Assembly (NCBI GenBank): GCA_963662285.2
Contig: CAXXMV010000001.1
Coordinates: 448,001 to 512,000 of the forward strand
DNA from: a bacterium
GTDB lineage: Bacteria > Hinthialibacterota > Hinthialibacteria > Hinthialibacterales > Hinthialibacteraceae
DNA length: 64,000 bases
Reading direction: 5' to 3'
Shown in pieces: positions 49,072-57,521 of this stretch. Position 1 is the first letter of the stretch. Each line of letters starts with the position of its first letter. The notes beneath the pieces were generated by a model. It was not told the DNA's origin. It searched no databases and was given only the letters and a program-made list of their open reading frames with translations. The translations under genes and the position numbers were made by a program.

Positions 49072-49326
49072 AACTCCTTGTAATCAGAGCAGTATTTATC
49101 ATGAAAAGATATACTATATCTGACTGCTCTTGATAATCGTATTAGTTTGCAAGATGGAAAGCTTAGCGGGCGATTTAACAATTGTGAACCCCTGCACGCC
49201 GCAGATTTACGTTAGAATAGAAATAAGGTTTAATATTTTTTATATTGGCTATCCCACTTTTAGAAAAGATTGTGGTATACTGCCACTGTCTGTAAAAATA
49301 CAATCTATTTTATTGGTTAGCAGGAG

Positions 49327-50529
49327 TTGAGGATCATGAATCGCCAAAATGCCGTAATCTTTGTTGCGTCTCTCGTTATGCTGTATATTCTGGTTGGATG
49401 CAATAGCGCTTTTTTGCCCATCAAAAGCACAACGCCTTTGATCACCGATCAGGAAGAATTCACCCAGCAAATAGATATCCCCCCCAATATAAAAATCCTG
49501 GAATTCCATCATACCAGTGGCAATATATCCATCGTCGGCTGGGAGAAACCATATATTCTGGTGGAAGGAATTACACGGGCTTCAGCAGAAACCGTGGAAA
49601 TAGCTCGCACTATCCTGGATATGGTGGAAATTGTCGCTTACGAACGCCCCACCAACCGGCTGGTACTGGAATACGATGGCCCAGCAGGCTTCGCCCGTAA
49701 AAATGTACCCGAAGAGGGCATGAGTTATACTGCCAGTGTTCCACGGGAACTATTGCTTGATATTCAAACCGAAAATGCAGATCTACAAGTATCCAATATG
49801 CTTAATGATGTAATTATCACTCATAAAAATGGCGATATACGCATCGATTCTATAGGCGGAAATGTAACTATTGATACGGTCGGCGAGAAAAACGCCGGAC
49901 AACAAGTAATCGTTAAATCAGTTGATAACAGACTCACCTTAAAATCAAGAACTGTTGCAGTGGAAATTGAAAACATCAGCGGAGCAGTGGATATCGACCA
50001 TCAAAACGGTGAATTCCACGCCGCAAATATAAACGCAAATTTGATCTACTCGGGTAAAGATGCTGCTGTTTTTATGAATGGCATCCAAGGTTTTCTGCAA
50101 CTCAACAGCAGCAACGGCGATATTGTCTGCGATGGTTTTTTCGATGGAATGCGTGCTGAGGTTCACAATGGCACTTTGAAAATGGAGCCAAGAGTAGCTA
50201 TCAGAAGAAGCATCGAATGCAAAGTTGATCGCGGCAATCTCACTTTACGCATAGCGGAGAACTGCAGCATGCTGCTTGATATCACGGCTGAAAACGGCAG
50301 TATTAATTCTGAATTTCCTCTTCCCGTATCTGCTGAAGGAAAATTCTCTTACGCCAAAGGCGCCATAAACAAAGGCTACCCCATGGTTCGCCTGGAAGTC
50401 AAAAAAGGCTTTGCCGCCATTCTTAAAGAAATTCCTCTTCCCGACTCAGAAACAGCGTCGCCAAGCCAACCAGAAACCGAAAACGTCGCCCCAATAACAG
50501 AAATCCAATCAACTCCTATTATCCAATAG
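49327..50529 (+). CDS. DUF4097 (putative adhesin) beta-repeat lipoprotein
   Basis: Lipobox LVGC; repeats NGDIRI, NGEF, SNGDI, NGTL, RGNL, NGSINSEF. Confidence 0.82.
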   Translation: MRIMNRQNAVIFVASLVMLYILVGCNSAFLPIKSTTPLITDQEEFTQQIDIPPNIKILEFHHTSGNISIVGWEKPYILVEGITRASAETVEIARTILDMVEIVAYERPTNRLVLEYDGPAGFARKNVPEEGMSYTASVPRELLLDIQTENADLQVSNMLNDVIITHKNGDIRIDSIGGNVTIDTVGEKNAGQQVIVKSVDNRLTLKSRTVAVEIENISGAVDIDHQNGEFHAANINANLIYSGKDAAVFMNGIQGFLQLNSSNGDIVCDGFFDGMRAEVHNGTLKMEPRVAIRRSIECKVDRGNLTLRIAENCSMLLDITAENGSINSEFPLPVSAEGKFSYAKGAINKGYPMVRLEVKKGFAAILKEIPLPDSETASPSQPETENVAPITEIQSTPIIQ

Positions 50530-50561
50530 TTATAACCAATCAACTCCTATTATCCAATAGT
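50505..50561 (+). repeat. Exact 26-bp direct repeat spanning the stop codon of 49327-50529
   Basis: CCAATCAACTCCTATTATCCAATAGT at 50505-50530 and 50536-50561. Confidence 0.9.
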
Positions 50562-50613
50562 AATACTGAGATTTATAACCAAATATACTATCCAACAAAC
50601 GGGGAATGAGAAC

Positions 50614-51495
50614 TTAACTCATTTCCCGTTCCTCATTCCCTCCAGTATTATTAATTTCAGTATAATGATTAGAGCGGGATTTTATGTGTTCGATTCTAGA
50701 TAAGAATTGATTGAGTTCCATTTGTACTTTTTGCTGTTTTAATTTCCATTGATCTATCTGTTTATCATTCAGTACCTTGTTAACCAAGGCAATAAATTCT
50801 TCTTTAATTAGTTTATTATCTTTTTCCTCTTGCTGCTCATAAATAATCATTTCATTATCAAATCTAGGTCTCATAAAAAAGTCGACATGCTGCAATGCTT
50901 TCACCAATTGCGTAGCGATAGGCACAAGAAGTTTTCGTTGTTCCGGAAGCAACTTAACATCGCGTAACGCCCGTAATTCAACATCTGGTAAAATCCACCA
51001 GTGAGATAACAGCATATCAAAATTTTCCAGTTCATTTTCAGAAAACCGGCCTGCTAACATATTCTTTAAATTGAGTATACGTTTCTTTTCATTTTCCATG
51101 CGCCAATTGAATAAATCTCTATTTCTGCGAGAAGAAATGGTTTTTCTATTTGTTTTATTCTGATTATCCATATTAACTATGAAGCCTTTATTATTATGGA
51201 GTAGATCAATATAAACTTTAAAGATAGATAGGGAATCCCGTTGATTTAAAACCAAAGAATCACAAATAAGGCTGAAACGCTCCCACTCATTACTGTTCTG
51301 AGCAACAACTGGAGGTGGAATGATTCCTCGAAAACGAAGATAATAATGCTTAACCTGCTGCTGATAATAGATCACTGCATACTGTAGTTTGTTCTGAATC
51401 ACATTCCTCAAACTATGGCTATACTCACAGATTATTAGATTTATAAAAACAAGTAATACGATAAAAAAAATACCTATTCGATGTTTAGCTGTCAT
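50614..51495 (-). CDS. AT-rich hypothetical helical protein with N-terminal TM
   Basis: 293 aa ORF, GAGG RBS, LxxEQ/LNDKQ helical repeats. Confidence 0.7.
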   Translation of the reverse strand: MTAKHRIGIFFIVLLVFINLIICEYSHSLRNVIQNKLQYAVIYYQQQVKHYYLRFRGIIPPPVVAQNSNEWERFSLICDSLVLNQRDSLSIFKVYIDLLHNNKGFIVNMDNQNKTNRKTISSRRNRDLFNWRMENEKKRILNLKNMLAGRFSENELENFDMLLSHWWILPDVELRALRDVKLLPEQRKLLVPIATQLVKALQHVDFFMRPRFDNEMIIYEQQEEKDNKLIKEEFIALVNKVLNDKQIDQWKLKQQKVQMELNQFLSRIEHIKSRSNHYTEINNTGGNEEREMS

Positions 51496-51923
51496 GATTG
51501 ATCCTCAGGCTAATATTCTAAAATATAAAAACTATTTCCCCTTTAGATATATATATAATATATGTACATACGTCAAATACTATATAATAGTAGTACGATT
51601 TTATCAGTTATTTTATTGACTATTTTTAAGGATTATTATTCATTTTAAATATTTGCTAAAATACAAATAAATATGTATTAATAAGTATTTCAGTTTCAAA
51701 ATGATACTCAAACATACATGCGAACTTTCGATTTAATTATCAAGGCAATATTAATGAATCAAGGAAAGGATATAAAATTCTTAGAGAAAACAAAGAATCC
51801 TGACAGAAAGCCGCCTGGTCGTCAGAACCTGCCCCGAATCAGTAAGATTCATATTATCAAAGTGTTATCTATTAGAACACAGGTTTTAGAGTATGAATTG
51901 TAGGGGAAAGCAGGTTGCAGCAT

Positions 51924-51952
51924 TTGTATTTTTTTATCACTGAGAATAGAAT
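51924..51952 (+). promoter_or_regulatory. Sigma70-type promoter of tmRNA
   Basis: TTGTAT-17 nt-TAGAAT, ending 17 nt before the mature 5' end. Confidence 0.6.
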
Positions 51953-51969
51953 GAATAAACTATTAACTT

Positions 51970-52323
51970 GGGGGCGCTCCGGTTTCGACGGAGATGATCC
52001 AGTTGGTGAGAGCATGCCGAGGTTCAGCAGGCCTCGTTAAATAGGCTGAAAAATAATAACTGCAGACTACGAAGCACTACCAATGGCTGCATAAAGCAGC
52101 CTCGCCCCGTTCGGCCCCGCCCCTTTGGCTGGACGTCAGGCGTCATAATAGAGGGGATAGCGGTGATATGCGCCTTAACTTGATCCGTGAAACTACTACA
52201 AGGCTGGTCGTATAAGAGTTGTCTTTGTGCTTTTTGCGGCGAGATTCTTCACGAAGACTAAGCATGTAGTGCTTGCCAATTTGACGTTTTCGGACGCGGG
52301 TTCGACTCCCGCCGCCTCCACCA
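51970..52323 (+). ncRNA. ssrA: tmRNA; tag peptide (A)ADYEALPMAA
   Basis: 5' GGGGGCG pairs with CGCCTCC-ACCA including G3.U; GGTTTCGAC; T-arm GGTTCGACTCC; tag ORF 52062-52094 ending AA-stop. Confidence 0.97.
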
Positions 52324-52502
52324 ATTCCCCGTACCATAAATTGTTGATTATTCTTGGAATGCCTCATTATTAACCGCAGCCTTTGATAGCCTCTTAAAAT
52401 CCAGTTTGAGGCTTATTTGGAGGGAGCCCGAAATGTCGGATGACCATTGAGGAGTGGGAGGTGTAATAAATTGTCATAAATTACATATTTGAGAAAAACG
52501 CG

Positions 52503-52919
52503 CTACTCAACCGAATGCTCGATTCTGGGGACTGAGGCGATAGCCAGGCAATGTTTTACTGCATTATAGACCTGCTCTTCGCTTGAATCATTCGATATGG
52601 TAAACGAAGCGCCTTGCGCTGAAGCGTCTATGGAGCGCAAAGCCGTATGAGTGCGAGAAAGAAGCAGCAGTTTACCGACTGGCCGAAGTCTTCGGATCAA
52701 CGCAAGGACATGGCTGCCGTTAATGGATGGCATACGTTCATCAAAGATTATTAGATCAGGTTTTTTGGCGGCGGTTTGACCGACCGCGTCTTTCGAGGAA
52801 CCAGCATGAAAGAAACTGGCGCGATGCGGTTCAACGCTATCCTTGACTGTTTTCAACACGTCAGGATTTTGAGTTATTAGCAGGATTTTCTTTCCGAAGA
52901 AAACGCCGTTCGCATTCAT
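52503..52919 (-). CDS. Single-domain atypical response regulator receiver
   Basis: KILLI, KPDLIIFDERMPSING, LLLLS; GGAGG before ATG 52919. Confidence 0.8.
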   Translation of the reverse strand: MNANGVFFGKKILLITQNPDVLKTVKDSVEPHRASFFHAGSSKDAVGQTAAKKPDLIIFDERMPSINGSHVLALIRRLRPVGKLLLLSRTHTALRSIDASAQGASFTISNDSSEEQVYNAVKHCLAIASVPRIEHSVE

Positions 52920-53133
52920 GGCCGACCTCCATGAGAGTCGATTACCAAATTCATACAAACAAATACTGACAGTACGACATTAAACCACTCTTACAAAGAC
53001 CAAGAACTGATGCTTCCTTCTATCCAGGTGTCTGGATTACTTATATATAAAGGTATCACAAGATAACGAATACGTCAGAATGAGATATCCTTCCTCCACC
53101 AATCTTGAGATAGGAGGAGGATTTAGTTGTTTT

Positions 53134-53183
53134 TTTTGTCTGAATCTTGATAACCAGGAAGATAAGGATTTGGAGGATATTTT
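53134..53183 (+). repeat. Short dispersed repeat (GTCTGAATC...GGAT) copy 2
   Basis: TTTTGTCTGAATCTTGATAACCAGGAAGATAAGGATTTGGAGGATATTTT. Confidence 0.6.
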
Positions 53184-53422
53184 ATTCTGGGATTTATGCG
53201 TGGTTTTAGTGATTTGCATAATAACGCTTTTATTCGCCCTTCGAAAACCAAAAGAGATAATAAACGAATATGGTTTTGATAATCACTCAATACATAAACT
53301 CTTGTCAAAGCAGTTTAATAAGAACTGATTCCAAGCACTGATTTGAAGAATAAGTCTAGACAGGAGATACCGGCGCCGCTAGATTCTATTCAATCGCAAG
53401 ATGAATATCCTAAAATGTTTTA

Positions 53423-54019
53423 ATGACGAGGTTCCCTTTAATGAAAAAGCAGGATTACACTAAAGAAGGCGATAAAGGTTTTACGCAAATAGGCGGCGGG
53501 GTGCGTGTTCCAAAAGATGCGCCTCAAGTTGAAGCGTGCGGTACAGTCAATGAACTTAATTCTTATTTGGGTTTGGCCATATCTCTGGGAGTGTCGCCGA
53601 ATCTTGTCCCCATGCTGATGCAGATTCAAAACGACCTTTTTTACTTAATGGAAGAACTGTCATACAGTTCTAATCCAGAAAAGAATAAAGAGATCACTAC
53701 GATTGAGAAGCGCCATGTACAGAATCTCGAGAAATTCATCGAGCAACTTAATGAGGTTCTGGATCCACTGGATACATATATCCAACCGGGAGGCACTCTA
53801 CCCGCAGCAGTATTGCACCTGGCCCGTAACGTTTGCAGAAGAGTGGAGCGCAGAACCGTGTCACTGTTGCATCAATGGGAAGAAGCCAGTAAATATGTAC
53901 TGAAGTATTTGAACCGGCTATCAGATTTATTATACGCTATGGCTCGATTCCAAAATCGGCAGGATGGTATATATGAGACTGAATGGCCTTCACCAAGTTC
54001 AAGTTCAAAAAAGAAATAA
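53423..54019 (+). CDS. PduO-type cob(I)alamin adenosyltransferase
   Basis: YTKEGDKGFT, GTVNELNS, IQNDLF, PGG, LHLARNVCRRVER, YLNRLSDLL. Confidence 0.88.
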   Translation: MTRFPLMKKQDYTKEGDKGFTQIGGGVRVPKDAPQVEACGTVNELNSYLGLAISLGVSPNLVPMLMQIQNDLFYLMEELSYSSNPEKNKEITTIEKRHVQNLEKFIEQLNEVLDPLDTYIQPGGTLPAAVLHLARNVCRRVERRTVSLLHQWEEASKYVLKYLNRLSDLLYAMARFQNRQDGIYETEWPSPSSSSKKK

Positions 54020-54047
54020 CCAAATCGCCTTCAGGATGATTAAGATC

Positions 54048-54075
54048 AATCCTCTCCCCCAGTTGGGAGAGGATT
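54048..54075 (+). terminator. Hairpin terminator / REP-like palindrome
   Basis: AATCCTCTCCC-CCAGTT-GGGAGAGGATT followed by T residues. Confidence 0.65.
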
Positions 54076-54101
54076 TTCTGATTGATTACAGAATAACAGG
54101 A

Positions 54102-54139
54102 CTGCACTGGCGCTATTAGACTACACTGGCGCTATTAGA
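54102..54139 (+). repeat. Tandem 19-bp direct repeat
   Basis: CTGCACTGGCGCTATTAGA followed by CTACACTGGCGCTATTAGA. Confidence 0.85.
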
Positions 54140-54437
54140 TGACTCTGCTTATTGCTTTTAAACTACCTTGCTTAGAGTGTTTTCGTTTTGTGCTATGATT
54201 TTCATCACGTTTTCTCTACTATCTCTATATAATAATTTATCAGGAAAAATGCTTAAAGACATCTTTGCTCACAGGTTAATCAAAAACAAATGCAATTTCA
54301 ATAATTATCTCTCTAACCACCTGCCAAACCTTAGATAAGGGACTTTTTTGTGATATTTTCAAACTGCAACAAGATTTATCTTCTATTATTTTGATAATCG
54401 CTCTTATCAAACACTATTTTATTCAGGAGTAATTAAT

Positions 54438-56384
54438 ATGCGCTTTATCAAGCTGGGTTGTTTGTTTTCAATTCTATTCACTTTCAGTATTGCGCCTGCA
54501 CTGAGCGCGAATAACGTTCCGGTTTATTCCGCAGACAATGAGGGCGTGTTTTTTAAGGACTGGCTGCTGTGCGGGCCTTTCCCTAATAGTCATGAGAAGA
54601 ACATTATCGATTATAGGCATGGGTCGCGCTGCACATTCTTTATTGCAGATTTGATGAAGGACATCGGCGGCGAAGCCAAGGCTGAGCCTCAAGCCGGGGA
54701 TAAAATCACGCTGGCTGATCCTCCCATAAGCCGCTCATGGTTCCTGCATAGGTCTAAAGAAGACCTGGTCAATTTCAATGACATCTTCACGCCAAACGAC
54801 AATGTGGTTTCCTATGCTTTTTGTTATGTAGATTCGCCTGATGAACGCAAAGTCATGGCTGCTATCGGAAGTAATGATAACGTCAAATTCTGGCTTAACG
54901 GCGAGCTGGTTCATCATTTTGTTCTGGCTGATGGACGTTGGCTAGCCAAGGATGACGATTACGTCCCCATTACTCTAAAAAAAGGCCGCAACCGCCTTCT
55001 GTTCAAAGTATGCGAAGGAACCGGGGCTTATGGTTTGGTATTCAGGCTTTTGGATTATGACCAAACGGTTAAGTCAATTCTGGATAATGTTAATAGCCAT
55101 AACAAACTTTCAGCAGTAACCAAAATTGATGAGCTGAAGATCACCTTTGGAACGCCGCACCGCTTTGAGGCAATAACTCCTGAAGCCAAAGTTCATTATG
55201 AAATAAACCACAAAGAAAAGGGATTAATCGCTTCTTTTGATGGTCGTGAAGGCTTCGAGTTATCTTATCCCCTCGAAAACATCCCTGACGGTTTCCTAAC
55301 TCTCAAAGCCTCAATCCCTATACCTGGTGGACAAGTTGCCAATCAAGTAAATCATTTCAAAGGCAAACTGCCCCGCTTTGGGTATCCTGAGCGCTTGAAA
55401 GCCGATTTAGCCATGCGCGACGCTGATGGCAAACCGTTTTTCCCCATCGGAACCTATGGCGCGGCGCCGGAATATTATTCAATAATTAAAGAAGCCGGTT
55501 ACAACTTCATCATGGGCGGCGAAGCATCACTTGATGGCGCCCATAAAGCGGGACTCAAAGTCGGCGTTTCCATGCACGGCAGCGGCGAACATTGGCTTGA
55601 CCATATCCGTGAAATCGTCCGCAAAAACCGCGAACATCCCGCCCTATTATTCTGGATGCTGTTTGATGAGCCGGGATATAACAAAGCCGACCTGCTGCAG
55701 ATGCACGAAGCCTATAAACTGATCCGTCAGGAAGATCCGGTCAATCCGGTTTATCTGGTTATTACTGATCCCAGGGTATACGAAACATTCGGACGTTGCT
55801 GCGACCTGCTTTCAGTTGATACGTATCCCATCTCGCAAGGCGACATCGCCAGCGTAGGTGATAATATTGCCAGAGCCTACGCGGTATCAGACGGCGACAC
55901 GCCAGTCTGGCATTGCGGCCAGCTATTCCAATGGCCCGGCGACTGCTACCCCACAATTCAGGAACATCGCTTCATGTCGTATCTGGCCATCCAGTCCGGC
56001 GCCAAAGCGATGCTATGGTATAGTTTCCGTTATCAGGGCGGCCCGCTGCCCGAAGCCGTTCCTGAACTATGGCAGTCGCATGTACAACTAATTAAGGAAC
56101 TGCACGAGTTGGAGCCGATACTGCTCTATCCCGGATTGGGCGAACGGTTGCTATCCGGCAACAACGATATCCGCGTAACCTCCAAAAGGGGACCAGACGG
56201 AAGTTTGACTATCTTCGCGGTTAATACGTCAAAAACCGAGACTATCGTTTCAAACATTCAATGCCCGACGCAGGATTCAAAGAATATCCCCGCTTTGTTT
56301 GAAGACCGCAGCGTCTCCATGAAAGAGGGCGTTATTCAAGATACTTTTGAACCACTCGGAGTTCATATTTATCAGATCAAGTAA
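54438..56384 (+). CDS. Secreted protein with WLLCGPF beta-sandwich domain and putative glycoside hydrolase TIM barrel
   Basis: Signal peptide; DGKPFFPIGTY, HPALLFWMLFDEP, DLLSVDTYPI, SGAKAMLWY. Confidence 0.7.
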   Translation: MRFIKLGCLFSILFTFSIAPALSANNVPVYSADNEGVFFKDWLLCGPFPNSHEKNIIDYRHGSRCTFFIADLMKDIGGEAKAEPQAGDKITLADPPISRSWFLHRSKEDLVNFNDIFTPNDNVVSYAFCYVDSPDERKVMAAIGSNDNVKFWLNGELVHHFVLADGRWLAKDDDYVPITLKKGRNRLLFKVCEGTGAYGLVFRLLDYDQTVKSILDNVNSHNKLSAVTKIDELKITFGTPHRFEAITPEAKVHYEINHKEKGLIASFDGREGFELSYPLENIPDGFLTLKASIPIPGGQVANQVNHFKGKLPRFGYPERLKADLAMRDADGKPFFPIGTYGAAPEYYSIIKEAGYNFIMGGEASLDGAHKAGLKVGVSMHGSGEHWLDHIREIVRKNREHPALLFWMLFDEPGYNKADLLQMHEAYKLIRQEDPVNPVYLVITDPRVYETFGRCCDLLSVDTYPISQGDIASVGDNIARAYAVSDGDTPVWHCGQLFQWPGDCYPTIQEHRFMSYLAIQSGAKAMLWYSFRYQGGPLPEAVPELWQSHVQLIKELHELEPILLYPGLGERLLSGNNDIRVTSKRGPDGSLTIFAVNTSKTETIVSNIQCPTQDSKNIPALFEDRSVSMKEGVIQDTFEPLGVHIYQIK

Positions 56385-56414
56385 GGCCTAAGACATTCGA
56401 CAGTCAGACTATCC

Positions 56415-56457
56415 AAGACGCACTTTCGCTTAGCAGGTGGAAGTGCGTCTTATTTAT
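56415..56457 (+). terminator. Rho-independent terminator-like hairpin
   Basis: AAGACGCACTT-loop-AAGTGCGTCTT then ATTTATT. Confidence 0.6.
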
Positions 56458-56527
56458 TAATCGGGCTGAACAATAACTGAATGTAGAGTAGAATATAACA
56501 ATATCACTCAAGAGAGGTTATTAAACC

Positions 56528-57286
56528 ATGTCTAGATTATTATTCGTATTGTTGATTACCGGGCTGCTATTGCCAGCCATCGCTCAATCAAAGCCGCCTT
56601 CGGACGATTATAAACTTACCTGGTCAGACGAATTTGATGGCGCCAAACTGGATGAATCGAAATGGGGCTATCACAACCTTGGGCCGAGACGCGACGCCAT
56701 CAATATCAAGGAATGCGCGATGCTGGATGGCAAGGGGAAATTGGTTTTAACCACTAAAAAAGTTGAAGACAAATACTACACCGCAATGGTCGAAACGCGC
56801 ACCAAATATGAAGCGCGTTATGGATACTATGAATGCCGAGCCAAACTGCAAACTCAACCGGGACACTGGTCAGCGTTCTGGCTTCACTCGCCCAAATTCA
56901 TAGACGGCGGCGATCCCAAAGAACATGGAACCGAGATCGACATCTTTGAGTACCTGACCAAAAAAGGCCAGACGCTGGTCTGCAACTTACATTGGGGCGG
57001 CTACAAGAAAGGCTTCCATAAAACAGTCGGCTCAAAATATGACATGACTGATACCCCGGACGGATTCCACACCTTCGGCCTGGAATGGACTCCCAAAGAA
57101 TACGTCATCTACCTTGACGGCAAAGAGGTCTGGCGAACCACCGAAGCCATATCGCATATCAAACAATACATAATCCTGAGCCTCGAAGTAGGCGAGTGGG
57201 CGGGAGACATCAAAGACGCCAAATTACCCGACAGCGCTATTTTTGATTATGTCCGGGTTTATCAGATTCCTGAGAAAACTGAGTAG
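56528..57286 (+). CDS. Glycoside hydrolase family 16
   Basis: LTWSDEFDG, YGYYECRAK, WSAFWL, EIDIFE catalytic motif, FHTFGLEW, DYVRVYQ. Confidence 0.92.
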   Translation: MSRLLFVLLITGLLLPAIAQSKPPSDDYKLTWSDEFDGAKLDESKWGYHNLGPRRDAINIKECAMLDGKGKLVLTTKKVEDKYYTAMVETRTKYEARYGYYECRAKLQTQPGHWSAFWLHSPKFIDGGDPKEHGTEIDIFEYLTKKGQTLVCNLHWGGYKKGFHKTVGSKYDMTDTPDGFHTFGLEWTPKEYVIYLDGKEVWRTTEAISHIKQYIILSLEVGEWAGDIKDAKLPDSAIFDYVRVYQIPEKTE

Positions 57287-57521
57287 AGTGTAAACCTTTA
57301 TGAATTCTGATTGAATAAGGACTAGAAAACTTATTGGAAAACATCCAATATAGAGTAACGATTTTATTCATATATTTAATTACATACATATAGTGAAATT
57401 CTCATATCGTAGCCTACTGAAATAGTTTTCTTCTCAAGTCTTCGTATGTATCTAAGTATCTTTTTACTTCATCATATTTTTTTAATTTAAATTTCACTTC
57501 AATCAATGTCAGTATGTGTTG

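Noticed and set aside
52143-52367. 74-aa minus-strand ORF (GGGGSRTRVR)
   Set aside because: Typical antisense translation of the tmRNA 3' end
53037-53328. Three overlapping 60-82 aa ORFs
   Set aside because: They overlap a palindrome and a dispersed repeat and have no clear RBS or protein-like features
53200-53422. Cobalamin riboswitch upstream of the adenosyltransferase
   Set aside because: No B12-box or other conserved cobalamin riboswitch core recognised
54102-54139. 19-bp tandem repeat as mini-CRISPR or operator
   Set aside because: Only two adjacent units, no spacer and no cas genes; a simple duplication is sufficient
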